From NCBI GenBank assembly GCA_041649315.1, contig JBAZNJ010000003.1, positions 1 to 36,689 on the forward strand: a stretch of DNA of 36,689 nucleotides, given 5' to 3'. The notes below the pieces were generated by a model, which saw only the letters and a program-made list of their open reading frames with translations, did no database searches and was not told the origin of the DNA. The position numbers were made by a program, and so were the translations under genes. How positions within the stretch are numbered: position 1 is the first letter of the stretch; each line of letters opens with the position of its first letter. Positions 1-10,400 of this stretch are shown here, in pieces. The DNA comes from Patescibacteria group bacterium. Its GTDB lineage: Bacteria > Patescibacteriota > Patescibacteriia > Patescibacteriales > UBA12465.

Positions 1-51
1 TATCGCCACCATTACGACGAGAATAACTTACTATACGATTTAACCCTAACC

Positions 52-1182
52 ATGTCTTCAAGTTTGCGGCTTAACGAGATGAACGGTAAATTACTTAAGA
101 AGATTATAGGAGAAATGCATATCAGCCAGGGGGCGATCGTTCTAGTAAATCATGGGAGAATTTTTAATCTGAGCCATATCGGATATAAGCGGCCGCCAAA
201 ATTTTCTTCGGAAGATTTAATTGAGCTTACCGGACGCCGTGAAGTCGTGGTTTTTGACGAGCTTGAAGAAGATCGGCTCAAGCGGGCTCTTCGCCGTTTA
301 AGTATCAAGGTAATCGTGCCCTTACGAACTCAGAAAAAACGGGATAATATTCTAATTTTAGGCGAAAAGCTTTCCGGCGATCCTTATACGGATCAGGATA
401 TCCGCTTGCTTGAGGTTTTCGCGCCGGCCGCCGCGGTTGCCATAAGCAATACGATAAGCGTCGAGCAATTAATTCAATTAGACGAGCTTAAATCAGAATT
501 CATCGCCGTCGCTTCGCATCAGCTCCGCACTCCGCTGTCTGTCGCCCGCTGGAATTTTGAATTGGTTCTAGAGGGGGCTTTCGGCCATTTGTCGCCGAAA
601 ATCAGGGCGATTGTCGGTGATACCTACCGGGCCTTAATGGATCTTAATCAGGGCTTGAACAATTTAATGGTTGCGTTAGAGATTGAAGAGAGAAAAGTGA
701 ATATGAAATATGACCAGGTTGATTTTAATAAGGATGTCTTGGGGGAGGCCTTATCTTCGCTTAAAAAAGAAATCGCCGCTAAAGAAATTAAAATTTCTAA
801 GAAAATTACCTTTAAGGGCCTAATAAGATTAGATCGGCACAAGATAGTTGAAACTCTGAAAGCCCTAATAACCAATTCAATTGAATATTCTCCGGCCGGG
901 TCCAAAGTGGAAATTTTGGTCCAGGCGATAGAAGAAGGTGGCCGGCGCAAATTACTTTTTTCTATCAAGGACCAAGGCATTGGAGTTTCTTTGAAGAATC
1001 GGGCCTTTATTTTTAAGAAATTTTTCCGCGGCGAAGAGGCTAAAGAATTATCGCCGAATGGTTTTGGCCTTAGCTTATTTATTGCTCAATCTTTTATTGA
1101 ATTCCATGGCGGGCGGATTTGGTTAGAAAAGGGGGATGGAAAGGAGCCGGGAGCAACCTTTTCTTTTACTTTACCACTTTAG
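52..1182 (+). CDS. Cytoplasmic sensor histidine kinase (GAF-like N-terminus, HisKA, HATPase_c)
   Basis: H-box SEFIAVASHQLRTPLS. ATP-binding G-boxes DQGIGV and GFGLSLFIAQSFIEFHGGRIW. No TM segment. The reading frame stays open to window position 1, so the true start could lie upstream. Confidence 0.85.
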   Translation: MSSSLRLNEMNGKLLKKIIGEMHISQGAIVLVNHGRIFNLSHIGYKRPPKFSSEDLIELTGRREVVVFDELEEDRLKRALRRLSIKVIVPLRTQKKRDNILILGEKLSGDPYTDQDIRLLEVFAPAAAVAISNTISVEQLIQLDELKSEFIAVASHQLRTPLSVARWNFELVLEGAFGHLSPKIRAIVGDTYRALMDLNQGLNNLMVALEIEERKVNMKYDQVDFNKDVLGEALSSLKKEIAAKEIKISKKITFKGLIRLDRHKIVETLKALITNSIEYSPAGSKVEILVQAIEEGGRRKLLFSIKDQGIGVSLKNRAFIFKKFFRGEEAKELSPNGFGLSLFIAQSFIEFHGGRIWLEKGDGKEPGATFSFTLPL

Positions 1183-1268
1183 CTTGCTTATTTATTTGAT
1201 TAAGGCGGAATAACAGCGGATTATAGCAGAATAGCGCGACATAATTAGGTCTCCTTGTGGAAAACTTC

Positions 1269-1297
1269 TTCATATTTTTAAGTAAATATGGTATAAT
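1269..1297 (+). promoter_or_regulatory. Sigma70-like promoter for the major pilin gene
   Basis: TTCATA (1269-1274), a 17-nt spacer ending in TG, then TATAAT (1292-1297). This implies a leader of about 150 nt before the ATG at 1452. GGGAGA Shine-Dalgarno at 1438-1443. Confidence 0.45.
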
Positions 1298-1451
1298 TGA
1301 ATACAGAAAATCGTATAGAGATTTTATTTTTTGTTTAGATAAACGTTTTGGGAATGCTTTAAGGATAGATAGCTAAGAAGAATTTTAAATTTTTTACTTA
1401 TAATTTAATTAATAATAATTTTCGGCTTTCTAAGGCCGGGAGAAAAAAATT

Positions 1452-2141
1452 ATGAAAAAATTCCTTTCTAAAGGCACTAAAAAGGGTTTTACCCTCTTAG
1501 AGCTTTTGATCGTAATAGCGATCATCGCTATTTTATCGGTCATCTTGGTTTTGGTCTTGGATCCGGCCGAAACTTTGAAAAAATCGCGGGATTCGCAGAG
1601 GTTGTCGGATTTAGCGACGATTAAGACGGCGCTCGGCCTATATATGACCAGCACGGTTAATCCGCTTATGGACGGCAACGACAATAGCGCTTGTAAGGGT
1701 AATGATTCAACCGATGCTAACTATATTGCCGGTGATGAGATTTTTTATAGTATCCCGAGTGAAAGTGCTATTACTGACGCGACTCTTGACGGAGGGGCTT
1801 TAGCAGTCGCTTCCCAGGTAGCCGAAGCTAATTTAGGTAATGTTGACGGGACGGGTTGGTTGCCGGTTAATTTAGCGGGTTTGCCGACCGGTTCCCCGAT
1901 TTCTAACATGCCGGTTGACCCGATTAATTCTATCACGTCTCTAGCGGCCGTTGATAATACGGATTTAGCCTATCGTTATGTTTGCAGCCAGAAAACTTTG
2001 CGTTATGAAATTGCCGCAGTTTTAGAGAGTTCCGCTTATACGGTTGATGACAATAAGATGACTAAGGACGGCGGTAATAATGCTAATTATTACGAAGTCG
2101 GAACCGATCTTAAATTGATCGGCACCGGTACTGATTTCTAA
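1452..2141 (+). CDS. Type IV pilin (probable major pilin) with class III signal peptide
   Basis: N-terminus MKKFLSKGTKKG|FTLLELLIVIAIIAILS has the canonical G(-1) F(+1) E(+5) prepilin motif. Strong SD, and a strong terminator follows the gene. Confidence 0.9.
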   Translation: MKKFLSKGTKKGFTLLELLIVIAIIAILSVILVLVLDPAETLKKSRDSQRLSDLATIKTALGLYMTSTVNPLMDGNDNSACKGNDSTDANYIAGDEIFYSIPSESAITDATLDGGALAVASQVAEANLGNVDGTGWLPVNLAGLPTGSPISNMPVDPINSITSLAAVDNTDLAYRYVCSQKTLRYEIAAVLESSAYTVDDNKMTKDGGNNANYYEVGTDLKLIGTGTDF

Positions 2142-2172
2142 AATTTTATTGGAATTTTAGAGAATTTTAGCA

Positions 2173-2205
2173 AACAGCCCTGGTTTACCCAGGGCTGTTT
2201 TTTTG
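2173..2205 (+). terminator. Rho-independent terminator after the pilin gene
   Basis: AACAGCCCTGG-TTTA-CCCAGGGCTGTT stem-loop followed by a T7 run. Confidence 0.8.
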
Positions 2206-2317
2206 TTATAATATTAGCAGTGTTATTTTATTTCGTCTGTTTTTGAAATTAAAATTTACGAGGCCAGCGACGATTTAATAATTAGGATTAAAGCCTTTAA
2301 TTAGAAAACGATATTTT

Positions 2318-2974
2318 ATGAACATTCTTAAATTTTTATTCGGTCCTTTTGCTGTTTGGGCGCCAACGGTTTTTATTGCTTTAGTCGTTCTGATTTTAAT
2401 TTGGCGGGAGCTAATTAAAGAAAAATGGTTTAAGAGAATAATAAAAAAAGATTTTTTTCTTTGGGAACGGATTTTTACGGATAAGCGTTTGATTGTCGGC
2501 GTTCTGGTCGCCGGTTTTATTTTTGCGGCCTTTTTAACGGTTTCTCAATATTATGTCTGGAGTTTATCAGCTATCGGCCGCTTTTTCTTGCCGCCGGCTC
2601 AGCCGACTTACTTTATTAATTATGCTTTTTTACATTTTTGGCTCGGCCGGCTTATCAGCTTATTTTTGTCCCTGCTTATTTTCGGAATTTTTTACTTAAT
2701 TCGCCATTATCGGCGCGCTTTAAGCCGGGCGGAGATAAATTTAGTTTTTTTAGCCTGTCTTTTGGCCGCTTGGCCGCGTCAGGTTTTTTTGATTCCATTA
2801 TTTTTTTTAGTGGCGGTTTTAGAACTAATAAGCCTGGTTTTAATTTATAGAAATAAAGGATTTAGAGAAACGAAAATTAAAATTTTCTGGCCCTTAATCT
2901 TAGCGACGCTTTTGACTTTGATTTTTGGCGGCTATTTAATCAGGATTTCCGGCTTAGCGTCTTTAATCGTGTAA
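2318..2974 (+). CDS. Polytopic membrane protein of unknown function in the T4P locus
   Basis: About 6 hydrophobic helices in 218 aa. Lies between the pilin gene and pilB. No recognisable catalytic motifs. Confidence 0.6.
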   Translation: MNILKFLFGPFAVWAPTVFIALVVLILIWRELIKEKWFKRIIKKDFFLWERIFTDKRLIVGVLVAGFIFAAFLTVSQYYVWSLSAIGRFFLPPAQPTYFINYAFLHFWLGRLISLFLSLLIFGIFYLIRHYRRALSRAEINLVFLACLLAAWPRQVFLIPLFFLVAVLELISLVLIYRNKGFRETKIKIFWPLILATLLTLIFGGYLIRISGLASLIV

Positions 2975-3073
2975 TTGCTCGGATTATGCTATAATTTAAG
3001 AAGTTATTATTGGGCCGGGGGCCGGTTTTTAAGTTTGGCGGCTTGGATTTAAAATAATTTGTTATTAAGGTTT

Positions 3074-4810
3074 ATGTATATAAAAGAAGAAAAATTAAAG
3101 GAAATTTTGTTAGAATCCGGCTTAGTGGAAGAGAAGGCTTTTGAATCAGCTAAGGCGGAATCAATCCGTTCCGGCCAGACAATTGCCAATGTCCTGATTG
3201 GCCGGGAAGAGATAACGGAAAATTATCTTTTAGAATTATTGGCGCCTTATTTTGATGTACCCGTAGTTGATTTGAGAAAGATGGTTATTCCGACGGAAAC
3301 TTTACATCTTTTACCCGAGGCTTTTATCAAGACCAAGGGCGCGGTTATTTTTGCCGTGGACGAAAAAGAAAAAATCGCGAAGGTGGCGATGACGAATCCT
3401 TTAGATCTGGATACGATTAATTTTATCCGGGCTAAATACGATTATTGGTTGGAAATTCATCTGGTTTCTCCTTCTAATCTTTCCCATGTTTTCAAACAGT
3501 TTAATAAAAAGATTGGGACGGATTTTAATAAAATAATTGAGGAGAGCATTAAGGAGTCATCTTCTTTGGCTGGGGAGACTGATTTGTCGCGGATGGCCGA
3601 GTCCGTGCCGATAGTGACGATAATTGATAGTATTTTAGAAAACGCCGTTGTTATGGGTGCCTCGGATATTCATTTTGAGCCACTATCTAAACGGCTTTTG
3701 GTTCGTTATCGCGTAGACGGAATTATGCAGGAAATTTTGACTTTGCCGAAAGACATTACTTCTATTTTAGTTGCCCGGGTTAAGATTTTATCCGGTATGC
3801 AAATTGACGAGCACCGCGTCCCGCAGGACGGTCGTTTTCATTTTAGCTTTGAAGAAACGAGCCGAATTGATGTTCGGGTTAACGTGATGCCGGTTTTAAA
3901 TGGCGAGAAAGTCGAGATGCGTTTATTAAAGAGTTCCTTGAAGCCGCTTTCCTTAGTTGATTTAGGCGTCCATGAGAAACTGGAAAAAGTTATTGTCGGG
4001 GAAATTAAAAAGCCGCATGGCATGTTGCTCGTTACCGGTCCGACCGGCCACGGGAAAACAACGACGCTTTATTCTATTCTTCATATCTTAAATACCCCGA
4101 AGGTTAATATTACGACGATTGAAGATCCAATCGAATATGAAGTTAATAATATTAATCAAACCCAAGTCAATGCCAAAGCCGGCGTTACTTTTGCGAATGG
4201 ACTACGTTCGCTTTTGCGCCAGAATCCGGACATCATCATGATTGGAGAAATTCGGGATAATGAAACTGCGGATATTGCGGTTCATTCCGCTTTAACCGGT
4301 CATTTAGTTTTATCCTCCTTACATACCAACGACGCCCCGTCGGCGATTCCGCGTTTGTTGGACATGGGAGTCGAGCCGTTTTTATTATCTTCAACGGTTA
4401 ATCTAGTAATTGCTCAGCGTTTGGTGCGTAAGGTCTGCTTGTCCTGTATTGAGTCCTATAAATTAACCAAAGTACAGGAAGAAACCATTGCCCGCCAATT
4501 GTCTTTATTTGATGCCGGCGCGAAAATCGGCGGTAAAAAGAAAAGACCTCATGCGATTCCGAAGGAAGTTTTCCGCGGCCGCGGCTGCAAGGTTTGCGAC
4601 GGAAGCGGCTTTTCCGGCCAAATCGGAATTTTTGAAGTTTTAGTAGTTGACGATAAAATCAGAGATTTAATTAACCAGTCAAAATCGGCCGGTGAAATCA
4701 GAAAAGAGGCGATTGCTGGCGGCATGCTTTCAATGTTCGAAGATGGTTTAGAAAAGGTCCAGCGCGGGGTTACGACAATCGAAGAAGTTCTTCGGGTGGT
4801 TAACGAGTAG
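3074..4810 (+). CDS. pilB: Type IV pilus assembly ATPase PilB (GspE family)
   Basis: GspE-type N-terminal domain. Walker A GPTGHGKTT, Walker B-like IIMIGEIRD, tetracysteine CLSC...CKVC motif. ATG at 3074 is preferred over the TTG at 3059 used by the track. Confidence 0.93.
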   Translation: MYIKEEKLKEILLESGLVEEKAFESAKAESIRSGQTIANVLIGREEITENYLLELLAPYFDVPVVDLRKMVIPTETLHLLPEAFIKTKGAVIFAVDEKEKIAKVAMTNPLDLDTINFIRAKYDYWLEIHLVSPSNLSHVFKQFNKKIGTDFNKIIEESIKESSSLAGETDLSRMAESVPIVTIIDSILENAVVMGASDIHFEPLSKRLLVRYRVDGIMQEILTLPKDITSILVARVKILSGMQIDEHRVPQDGRFHFSFEETSRIDVRVNVMPVLNGEKVEMRLLKSSLKPLSLVDLGVHEKLEKVIVGEIKKPHGMLLVTGPTGHGKTTTLYSILHILNTPKVNITTIEDPIEYEVNNINQTQVNAKAGVTFANGLRSLLRQNPDIIMIGEIRDNETADIAVHSALTGHLVLSSLHTNDAPSAIPRLLDMGVEPFLLSSTVNLVIAQRLVRKVCLSCIESYKLTKVQEETIARQLSLFDAGAKIGGKKKRPHAIPKEVFRGRGCKVCDGSGFSGQIGIFEVLVVDDKIRDLINQSKSAGEIRKEAIAGGMLSMFEDGLEKVQRGVTTIEEVLRVVNE

Positions 4811-4926
4811 TTAATTTGGGCAGCTTGGATCTTATAAGTGTCTGTTAAATAAAAAATTCGTTTAAGGGGCAAGGTATAAAAAATTACCTAGGTTAAAAAA
4901 TAAAAACAGAAAAAAATTTTATTTTT

Positions 4927-6147
4927 ATGAGTTTATTTATTTATGAGGCCGCTGATAAAGAAGGGAAGGTAGTGGTTGGAGAAATCAATGCCTTGAACAG
5001 TGAAAGCGTGGCTTCGTCTTTGGCGCAGAAAAACTTAACGCCGGTGAAGATAGAACTTAAAACCGAGGCGGAAAGCCGTTCTTTTAAGTCCAAGAATATC
5101 TTGGAGCGGTTTACTACGCAGGATAAAATAGTTTTGATCCGTAATTTAGCGGCGACGGTCAAGGCCGGGCTTAGCTTGAATGAAGCTTTAGATATTTTAA
5201 TCGCTGATTCGTCCAAGAAAATAGTCGGGACTTTCTTGATTGACGCGCAATTCAATATCCAGAATGGCCAGCCATTATCAACGGCGTTTGAAAATAATCG
5301 GCGCTATTTTCCGCCGCTTTTTGTCGGCTTAATCAAGGCCGGCGAGGCCTCCGGGCGTTTAGATAATTCTCTTGAAGAATTGAGCCGCCATCTAACTAAG
5401 GAGCATGAATTAGTAAAAAAGGTAAAATCAGCCATGGCTTATCCCCTGATTTTGATTGGCGCCTCAATTGCGATTGTTACGCTCATGCTTATTTTTGTCC
5501 TGCCAAAACTTACAAAATCATTTGAGCAGAATAATTTAGAACTCCCCTTATTAACGCGAATTTTAATGAATTTTAGCAGCGCCCTAACTTATAGTTTGTT
5601 TTTAGATTTTGCGATAGTTGCCGCTTTGGTCGGATTTTTTCTTTATTTTCGGAAAACGCCGCGAGGCAAGAGAGTTATTAGTTATTTATTATTCCATACC
5701 CCGGTCGTGAAAAATTTAGTTAAAAAAATTATCTTGGTCCGTTTCGCCCGGACTTTAGGGACCCTGATCGACAGCGCCTTGCCGATTTCCGAATCACTTA
5801 ATTTAACTGCTAAAGCGGTCGGCAATGACCGTTATGAAGAGGCGATTGCTAGGGCCGATAAGGAAATCCGGAGCGGTATCCCGCTCTCGCAGGCCTTACG
5901 GAACGACCCGGAACTATTTCCTAAATTTTTAGTGAGCTTGGTCGGCGTTGGTGAAAAAACCGGAACTCTCGGGCAAGTTTTGAAAAATTTCGCGGATTTT
6001 TATGATAATGATGTTGATACGGCCTTGAAGGATTTAACGACTTTCCTGGAGCCAATCCTGCTATTATTTATGGGTTTAATGATCGGGACGATCGCCATGG
6101 CGATTCTGATGCCGATTTACCAGATGACCGGCAGTTTTAATTATTAA
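4927..6147 (+). CDS. pilC: Type IV pilus platform protein PilC (GspF family)
   Basis: Two GspF-type repeats (LIKAGEASGRLD and LVGVGEKTGTLG) and three TM segments. Sits directly downstream of pilB. Confidence 0.92.
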   Translation: MSLFIYEAADKEGKVVVGEINALNSESVASSLAQKNLTPVKIELKTEAESRSFKSKNILERFTTQDKIVLIRNLAATVKAGLSLNEALDILIADSSKKIVGTFLIDAQFNIQNGQPLSTAFENNRRYFPPLFVGLIKAGEASGRLDNSLEELSRHLTKEHELVKKVKSAMAYPLILIGASIAIVTLMLIFVLPKLTKSFEQNNLELPLLTRILMNFSSALTYSLFLDFAIVAALVGFFLYFRKTPRGKRVISYLLFHTPVVKNLVKKIILVRFARTLGTLIDSALPISESLNLTAKAVGNDRYEEAIARADKEIRSGIPLSQALRNDPELFPKFLVSLVGVGEKTGTLGQVLKNFADFYDNDVDTALKDLTTFLEPILLLFMGLMIGTIAMAILMPIYQMTGSFNY

Positions 6148-6198
6148 GATCGCTGAAGATATTCGTTTTTTTATTAATAATTATAAATTTCAAATTTC

Positions 6199-6690
6199 AT
6201 GAGGATACCTTCTGTTAATCGGAGTGGCTGGCAATCTAGTAACCGAAAGGCCTTTACTTTAGTAGAACTTCTCTTAGTGGTGGGTATTTTAGGAGTCATC
6301 GCTTCGGTCGTCCAGGGATTTTATGGCGATTTTGTCCAAGGAACGGTTTTAAGCGATAATTCTCAAAGCTTTATTTTTGATCTGCGTCAAGCTAGAAATA
6401 AAGCGATGGCCGGCGCGGCTGATCGTAATTGGGGGATTTTTATAGTTAACGATACAAATGATTATTATGAGATTTTTTCCAGTCCGACCGATTATTCTGA
6501 TTTAGAAAAGACGATTGAAGCGACGAATTATTTAAGAGATCAGGCCGGCTGGATTTTTCCGGTTGAAGGCGATAATCAGGAGATAGTTTTTAATAAGATC
6601 AGCGGCACAGCGTCTTCAACGGAAATTATTATCGGGATGAAGCGGTTATCGCGGACGATAAGGATTAATTCGCAGGGCTTAGTAGAATGA
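6199..6690 (+). CDS. Minor pilin, FimT/GspH-like
   Basis: RKA|FTLVELLLVVGILGVIA prepilin-like N-terminus (Ala at -1, Glu at +5). DLRQARNKAMAG resembles the GspH/FimT core. Confidence 0.75.
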   Translation: MRIPSVNRSGWQSSNRKAFTLVELLLVVGILGVIASVVQGFYGDFVQGTVLSDNSQSFIFDLRQARNKAMAGAADRNWGIFIVNDTNDYYEIFSSPTDYSDLEKTIEATNYLRDQAGWIFPVEGDNQEIVFNKISGTASSTEIIIGMKRLSRTIRINSQGLVE

Positions 6691-6712
6691 CTTGGAGCCA
6701 ATACTAATAATC

Positions 6713-7396
6713 ATGAGAAATAATCAGGTGCTAAAATTAAAGATAGAAGACGAGCCGTTTTTTAGCTTAGTTTTTAAGAAGGGATCTTTGCTTTTAGAGC
6801 TCTTGATCGTTATCGGCTTATTCGCGATTATCACTCCTTTAACCGCTCAGATTATCGTGAGCGGCCTTAATGTTAATAAGCATTCGTCCGAGCAGGCAAT
6901 CGTCTTTAATCTGGCCGAGGAAACGCTTAAGGCAGCGGAGAATATCAGTTTTGCTAGATGGCAGGATATTTATGATAAAGACAAAGGTGAGCCGAATTAT
7001 TATTATCCGGAAAAAGTTGCCGGTGCCTGGACGATTAAGGATGGGTCAGAAACGGTTGAGGTTAACGGTTTAGAATATTCCCGCTATTTTACGATTAACG
7101 ATGTTTGTCGCGATAATTCAACAAAAGAAATAATAAGCGGCGAGGGAATTCCTCCTTGCCCGAGCGGCGCGTTTCTTGACCCCTCGACGCAGGAAATAAG
7201 CGCGACAATCGCTTGGTCCGGCGGAACTACGACCAAGGAGATATATTTGACGCGTTGGCGCAACCGGATTTGTAAACAGAGCGATTGGGGGACGATTAAC
7301 GTCGGACCGAATGCTTGTCCGAGCAGTTTTTATGGCGAAGCGTTAGATATCGACGCGGCCTCGGTTCCCGGGAGTTTGATTTTGCTGGCGGAATAA
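6713..7396 (+). CDS. Minor pilin-like protein
   Basis: KKG|SLLLELLIVIGLFAII (G-1, E+5, Ser at +1). ATG at 6713 is preferred over the TTG at 6692. Confidence 0.7.
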   Translation: MRNNQVLKLKIEDEPFFSLVFKKGSLLLELLIVIGLFAIITPLTAQIIVSGLNVNKHSSEQAIVFNLAEETLKAAENISFARWQDIYDKDKGEPNYYYPEKVAGAWTIKDGSETVEVNGLEYSRYFTINDVCRDNSTKEIISGEGIPPCPSGAFLDPSTQEISATIAWSGGTTTKEIYLTRWRNRICKQSDWGTINVGPNACPSSFYGEALDIDAASVPGSLILLAE

Positions 7397-7463
7397 GCAA
7401 CAAATTTTGTAAAGGTTTATTTTCTTCCGGAACAGATAAAAAAATTTTGCGTAAATAAAAAAT

Positions 7464-10400
7464 ATGAGAAAAGAAAATTTTAAATTTCTTATTAATTCGC
7501 ATAAAAATTTGTCTAAAATTTTTAAAAAATCAGCCGTTTTTATCTTAACCTTTTTTTTGGTTTTTTCTGCGGGAAGTTTTCCTTGCCCCCCGGATTTTTT
7601 AACGGGAGAAGGAACTAATAATTTGGGAATTAATAATCTTAAAATCAAGAAAGCGCGGGCGGCGGCCAGCGAAGATGGGATGATTTTTTATGGCATATCC
7701 GGAAATACGACGCCGCAAGCAAGGATTTATGATGCGGCCTTAGGCGCTTTTGATTCGCCGGCCTCGCCAACCGTTGCCGGTGGTCAGCCCGTTATTACGC
7801 GAATCAAAGCCTCGCCGAATAAAAATGAATATATCGCCGCCTATCAGGATACGTCCGGTAATTTACAAGTAATGTGTTATGACGGCACGGCGTGGACTAA
7901 TGAATGGTCGGTTGCGGTCGCGCCAGGCGGCACGCCGACGACCCAGCGTTTTGATATCGCCTATGAAACCGCGAGCGGCGATGTGGTCGTTGCTTATTCC
8001 CGGAATACGAACGCGACCAATGCCTTGGCTTACCGGACCAAATCTGGCGCAGACGGTTGCGGCACAGGAAATTGGTCAACGGCGGCTAACTTTCCAACGA
8101 CTTCAACGATTACGACCGGAACGGTTCAATGGGTTAAGGCGGCCGAGGACGGTCGGTCCGGCTCGAATTTGGGTGCCTGGATTTGGGCGGATTCTAATCG
8201 TGATTTAGGCGGAACAATCTGGTCGGGAACGGCTTTTGGAAATTTAAAAAATTTAGAAACCAATTTAGAGGTAGTATCAACCGGCCAAGACGTTGATAGC
8301 TTTGATTTAGCTTATGAGTCCTTATCCGGTGATTTAATGATTACTTGGGGTTCGGGCGGATCGAGTAGCACTAATGGCGCCTGGTATAATATGTGTACTG
8401 GCGGCACAGCCGCTTGTTCTTGGGGGGCGTCGCGTACGGCGTTTCCGACTTTAGCTGATGATGCGACTGTTTTAGATTTAAGTGCTGATCCGAATTCAGA
8501 TATGATGGCTTTTGCTTCTATTGGTAATGGAGGCAATGATTTACAGGCCGCTTATTGGAACGGCAGTTCCTGGACCGGCTATGCCCAGATTGATGCTTCC
8601 TGTGAAACTCCGGCGGCCGGGATGAAAACGGTCCAGACCGGATGGCTTACTAATGGAGCGACGGTTAGATGGTTTTTAATTTATGACGATGGATCCGGGA
8701 CCGGGCTTAGTTGGTTTGCGACTACACCGGGCGGCACTTTAACGACTAGCCAAGGCAAGCAGAGTGATTGGACGGCTTCGCCGTCGATAAATGATATCCG
8801 GGGCCGTTATGATTTAGATACTAACCCTTTTAATTTAAGTGAGGTAATTTTAACTTTATCTGATTCTACTAACTCTATTTTTGCCAAGCGCTTGGTCATG
8901 GATTCGGTTGGCAATCTAACCTGGTCTAATGTTGACGGCGCCGCTTCCTTAGGGACTAAATATAGCCATCCGCGACAGGGTTTTTCTTTTGCTTATCGGC
9001 GCTCGCTTCCAGCGGTTCTAGTTTTAAGCGCGTCGGCCGGCGCCAAAATTATGACCATAAATTCCGGCGCGGTCGGACAGTTCGTCCATGATTCGGCTTG
9101 CACGAGCGACGGAACCTGCGCCGCCTTTAAGATGATGGCCAGCGGCGGTTCGGTTACGATTACTTCGGTCAAAGTTTCAGAAATCGGCTCGGCGGCCGCC
9201 AATACGGATTTATCTAATCCGGTCTTATTTTATGATACGGATGATAATTATGCTAACGGCGTTGCCGGTACCTTTGGTTCGGCCGTTAATTTTGCCGCGG
9301 ATCAGACCGCGACTTTTACGAACGCCGGTTTAAGCATTCCGAGCGGCGCGACTTATTATTTTTATGTTGGCTTTGACGCTTTAAACGGAACGAATTATCC
9401 GGCCGGTGGCCAAGGGATTGATTTTAGCATAGTTTCATCTTCGGATATTATAACCAGTGGCGCGACATTAGTGAGTGGCGCGCCGGCAACTCTGGTTTTT
9501 GCCGGCTCAACTTGCGCTTCAACCGCCCATACTTGCGTTCGGCCGCAGATTACCAGCTATACGAACACGACCGAAACGACCTTGGATTACGCGGCGGATT
9601 GCACGGATTGCGGGGCCCGAATTGGTCCGGGTGCGCCTTATCGCCAGACGATTGTTATCAGCGGTTACGGCTTCGGGACTGATCCGGGTTTGGGGTCGCG
9701 GTCAACGAGCAATAATAAAGTAGAGGTTGCCGGAACAGGCACGAAAATAGTTAGCGATGACGGTACGGCGGATACTAATGTATCTGCTTGGAGCAACACG
9801 GCGATTACTATTCGGACGGATACGATGGTAGCCGGAGACGATGATGCTTCTTGGGGGGATAATTTTGGCGGTTTGGCCGCTTTGGGAATAACGGCCGGTG
9901 GCCAGAGTGCGGTGGCGGGATTAAATTTTTATCTTTTTCCGCAGGTTACTTCTTTGACCGTGCCGACACCGGTAGCCAATGCCGCGCGGGAATATGATGC
10001 GGGCGATACCGATGGCGTAATAACTTTAAACGGGACGCGTTTCGGTTCAAGTGCAACCGGCGGCTGGGTGAGGATTTTCGATTGCGATGAAACGACTTGC
10101 GCCAGTCCAAGCGGTTCAGCGGCAATAAATAGTTGGAGCAATACGGCGGTTGAGGTCCAAGTGCCGGCGGTTATCGCCGATGATGTTTATACCGGTAGCA
10201 TAAGCCTGCAGCAGGGCTCGCCGGCTTTTAATAAGAACCATGTTTATACTACGACCGGTTTTCGGATTTTGCCGCGGATAACAGAATTGATTTCCAGCAG
10301 CGGAATCGTCGGCGACGCGATTACGGTAAGTGGCAATCATTTTTGTCAAAATAATGGAATTTGTCCGATTGCTTTTGACGCTAACAATAAAGTAACTTTT

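Noticed and set aside
648-980. 110-aa minus-strand ORF inside the first histidine kinase
   Set aside because: It is antisense to a gene with clear HisKA/HATPase motifs and has no features of its own.
2318-2974. Calling this membrane protein the prepilin peptidase PilD
   Set aside because: There is no GxGDxK or second catalytic Asp context, and the size and topology are only loosely similar. It is kept as hypothetical, and the idea is raised only as a low-confidence finding.
3059-3073. TTG/GTG-initiated N-terminal extensions in the track (3059, 6692, 14490, 16316, 23165, 32367, 33611)
   Set aside because: In each case an in-frame ATG a few codons downstream gives a family-typical N-terminus or a classic overlap (ATGA at 33650). 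The 16316 TTG lies inside a conserved non-coding motif.
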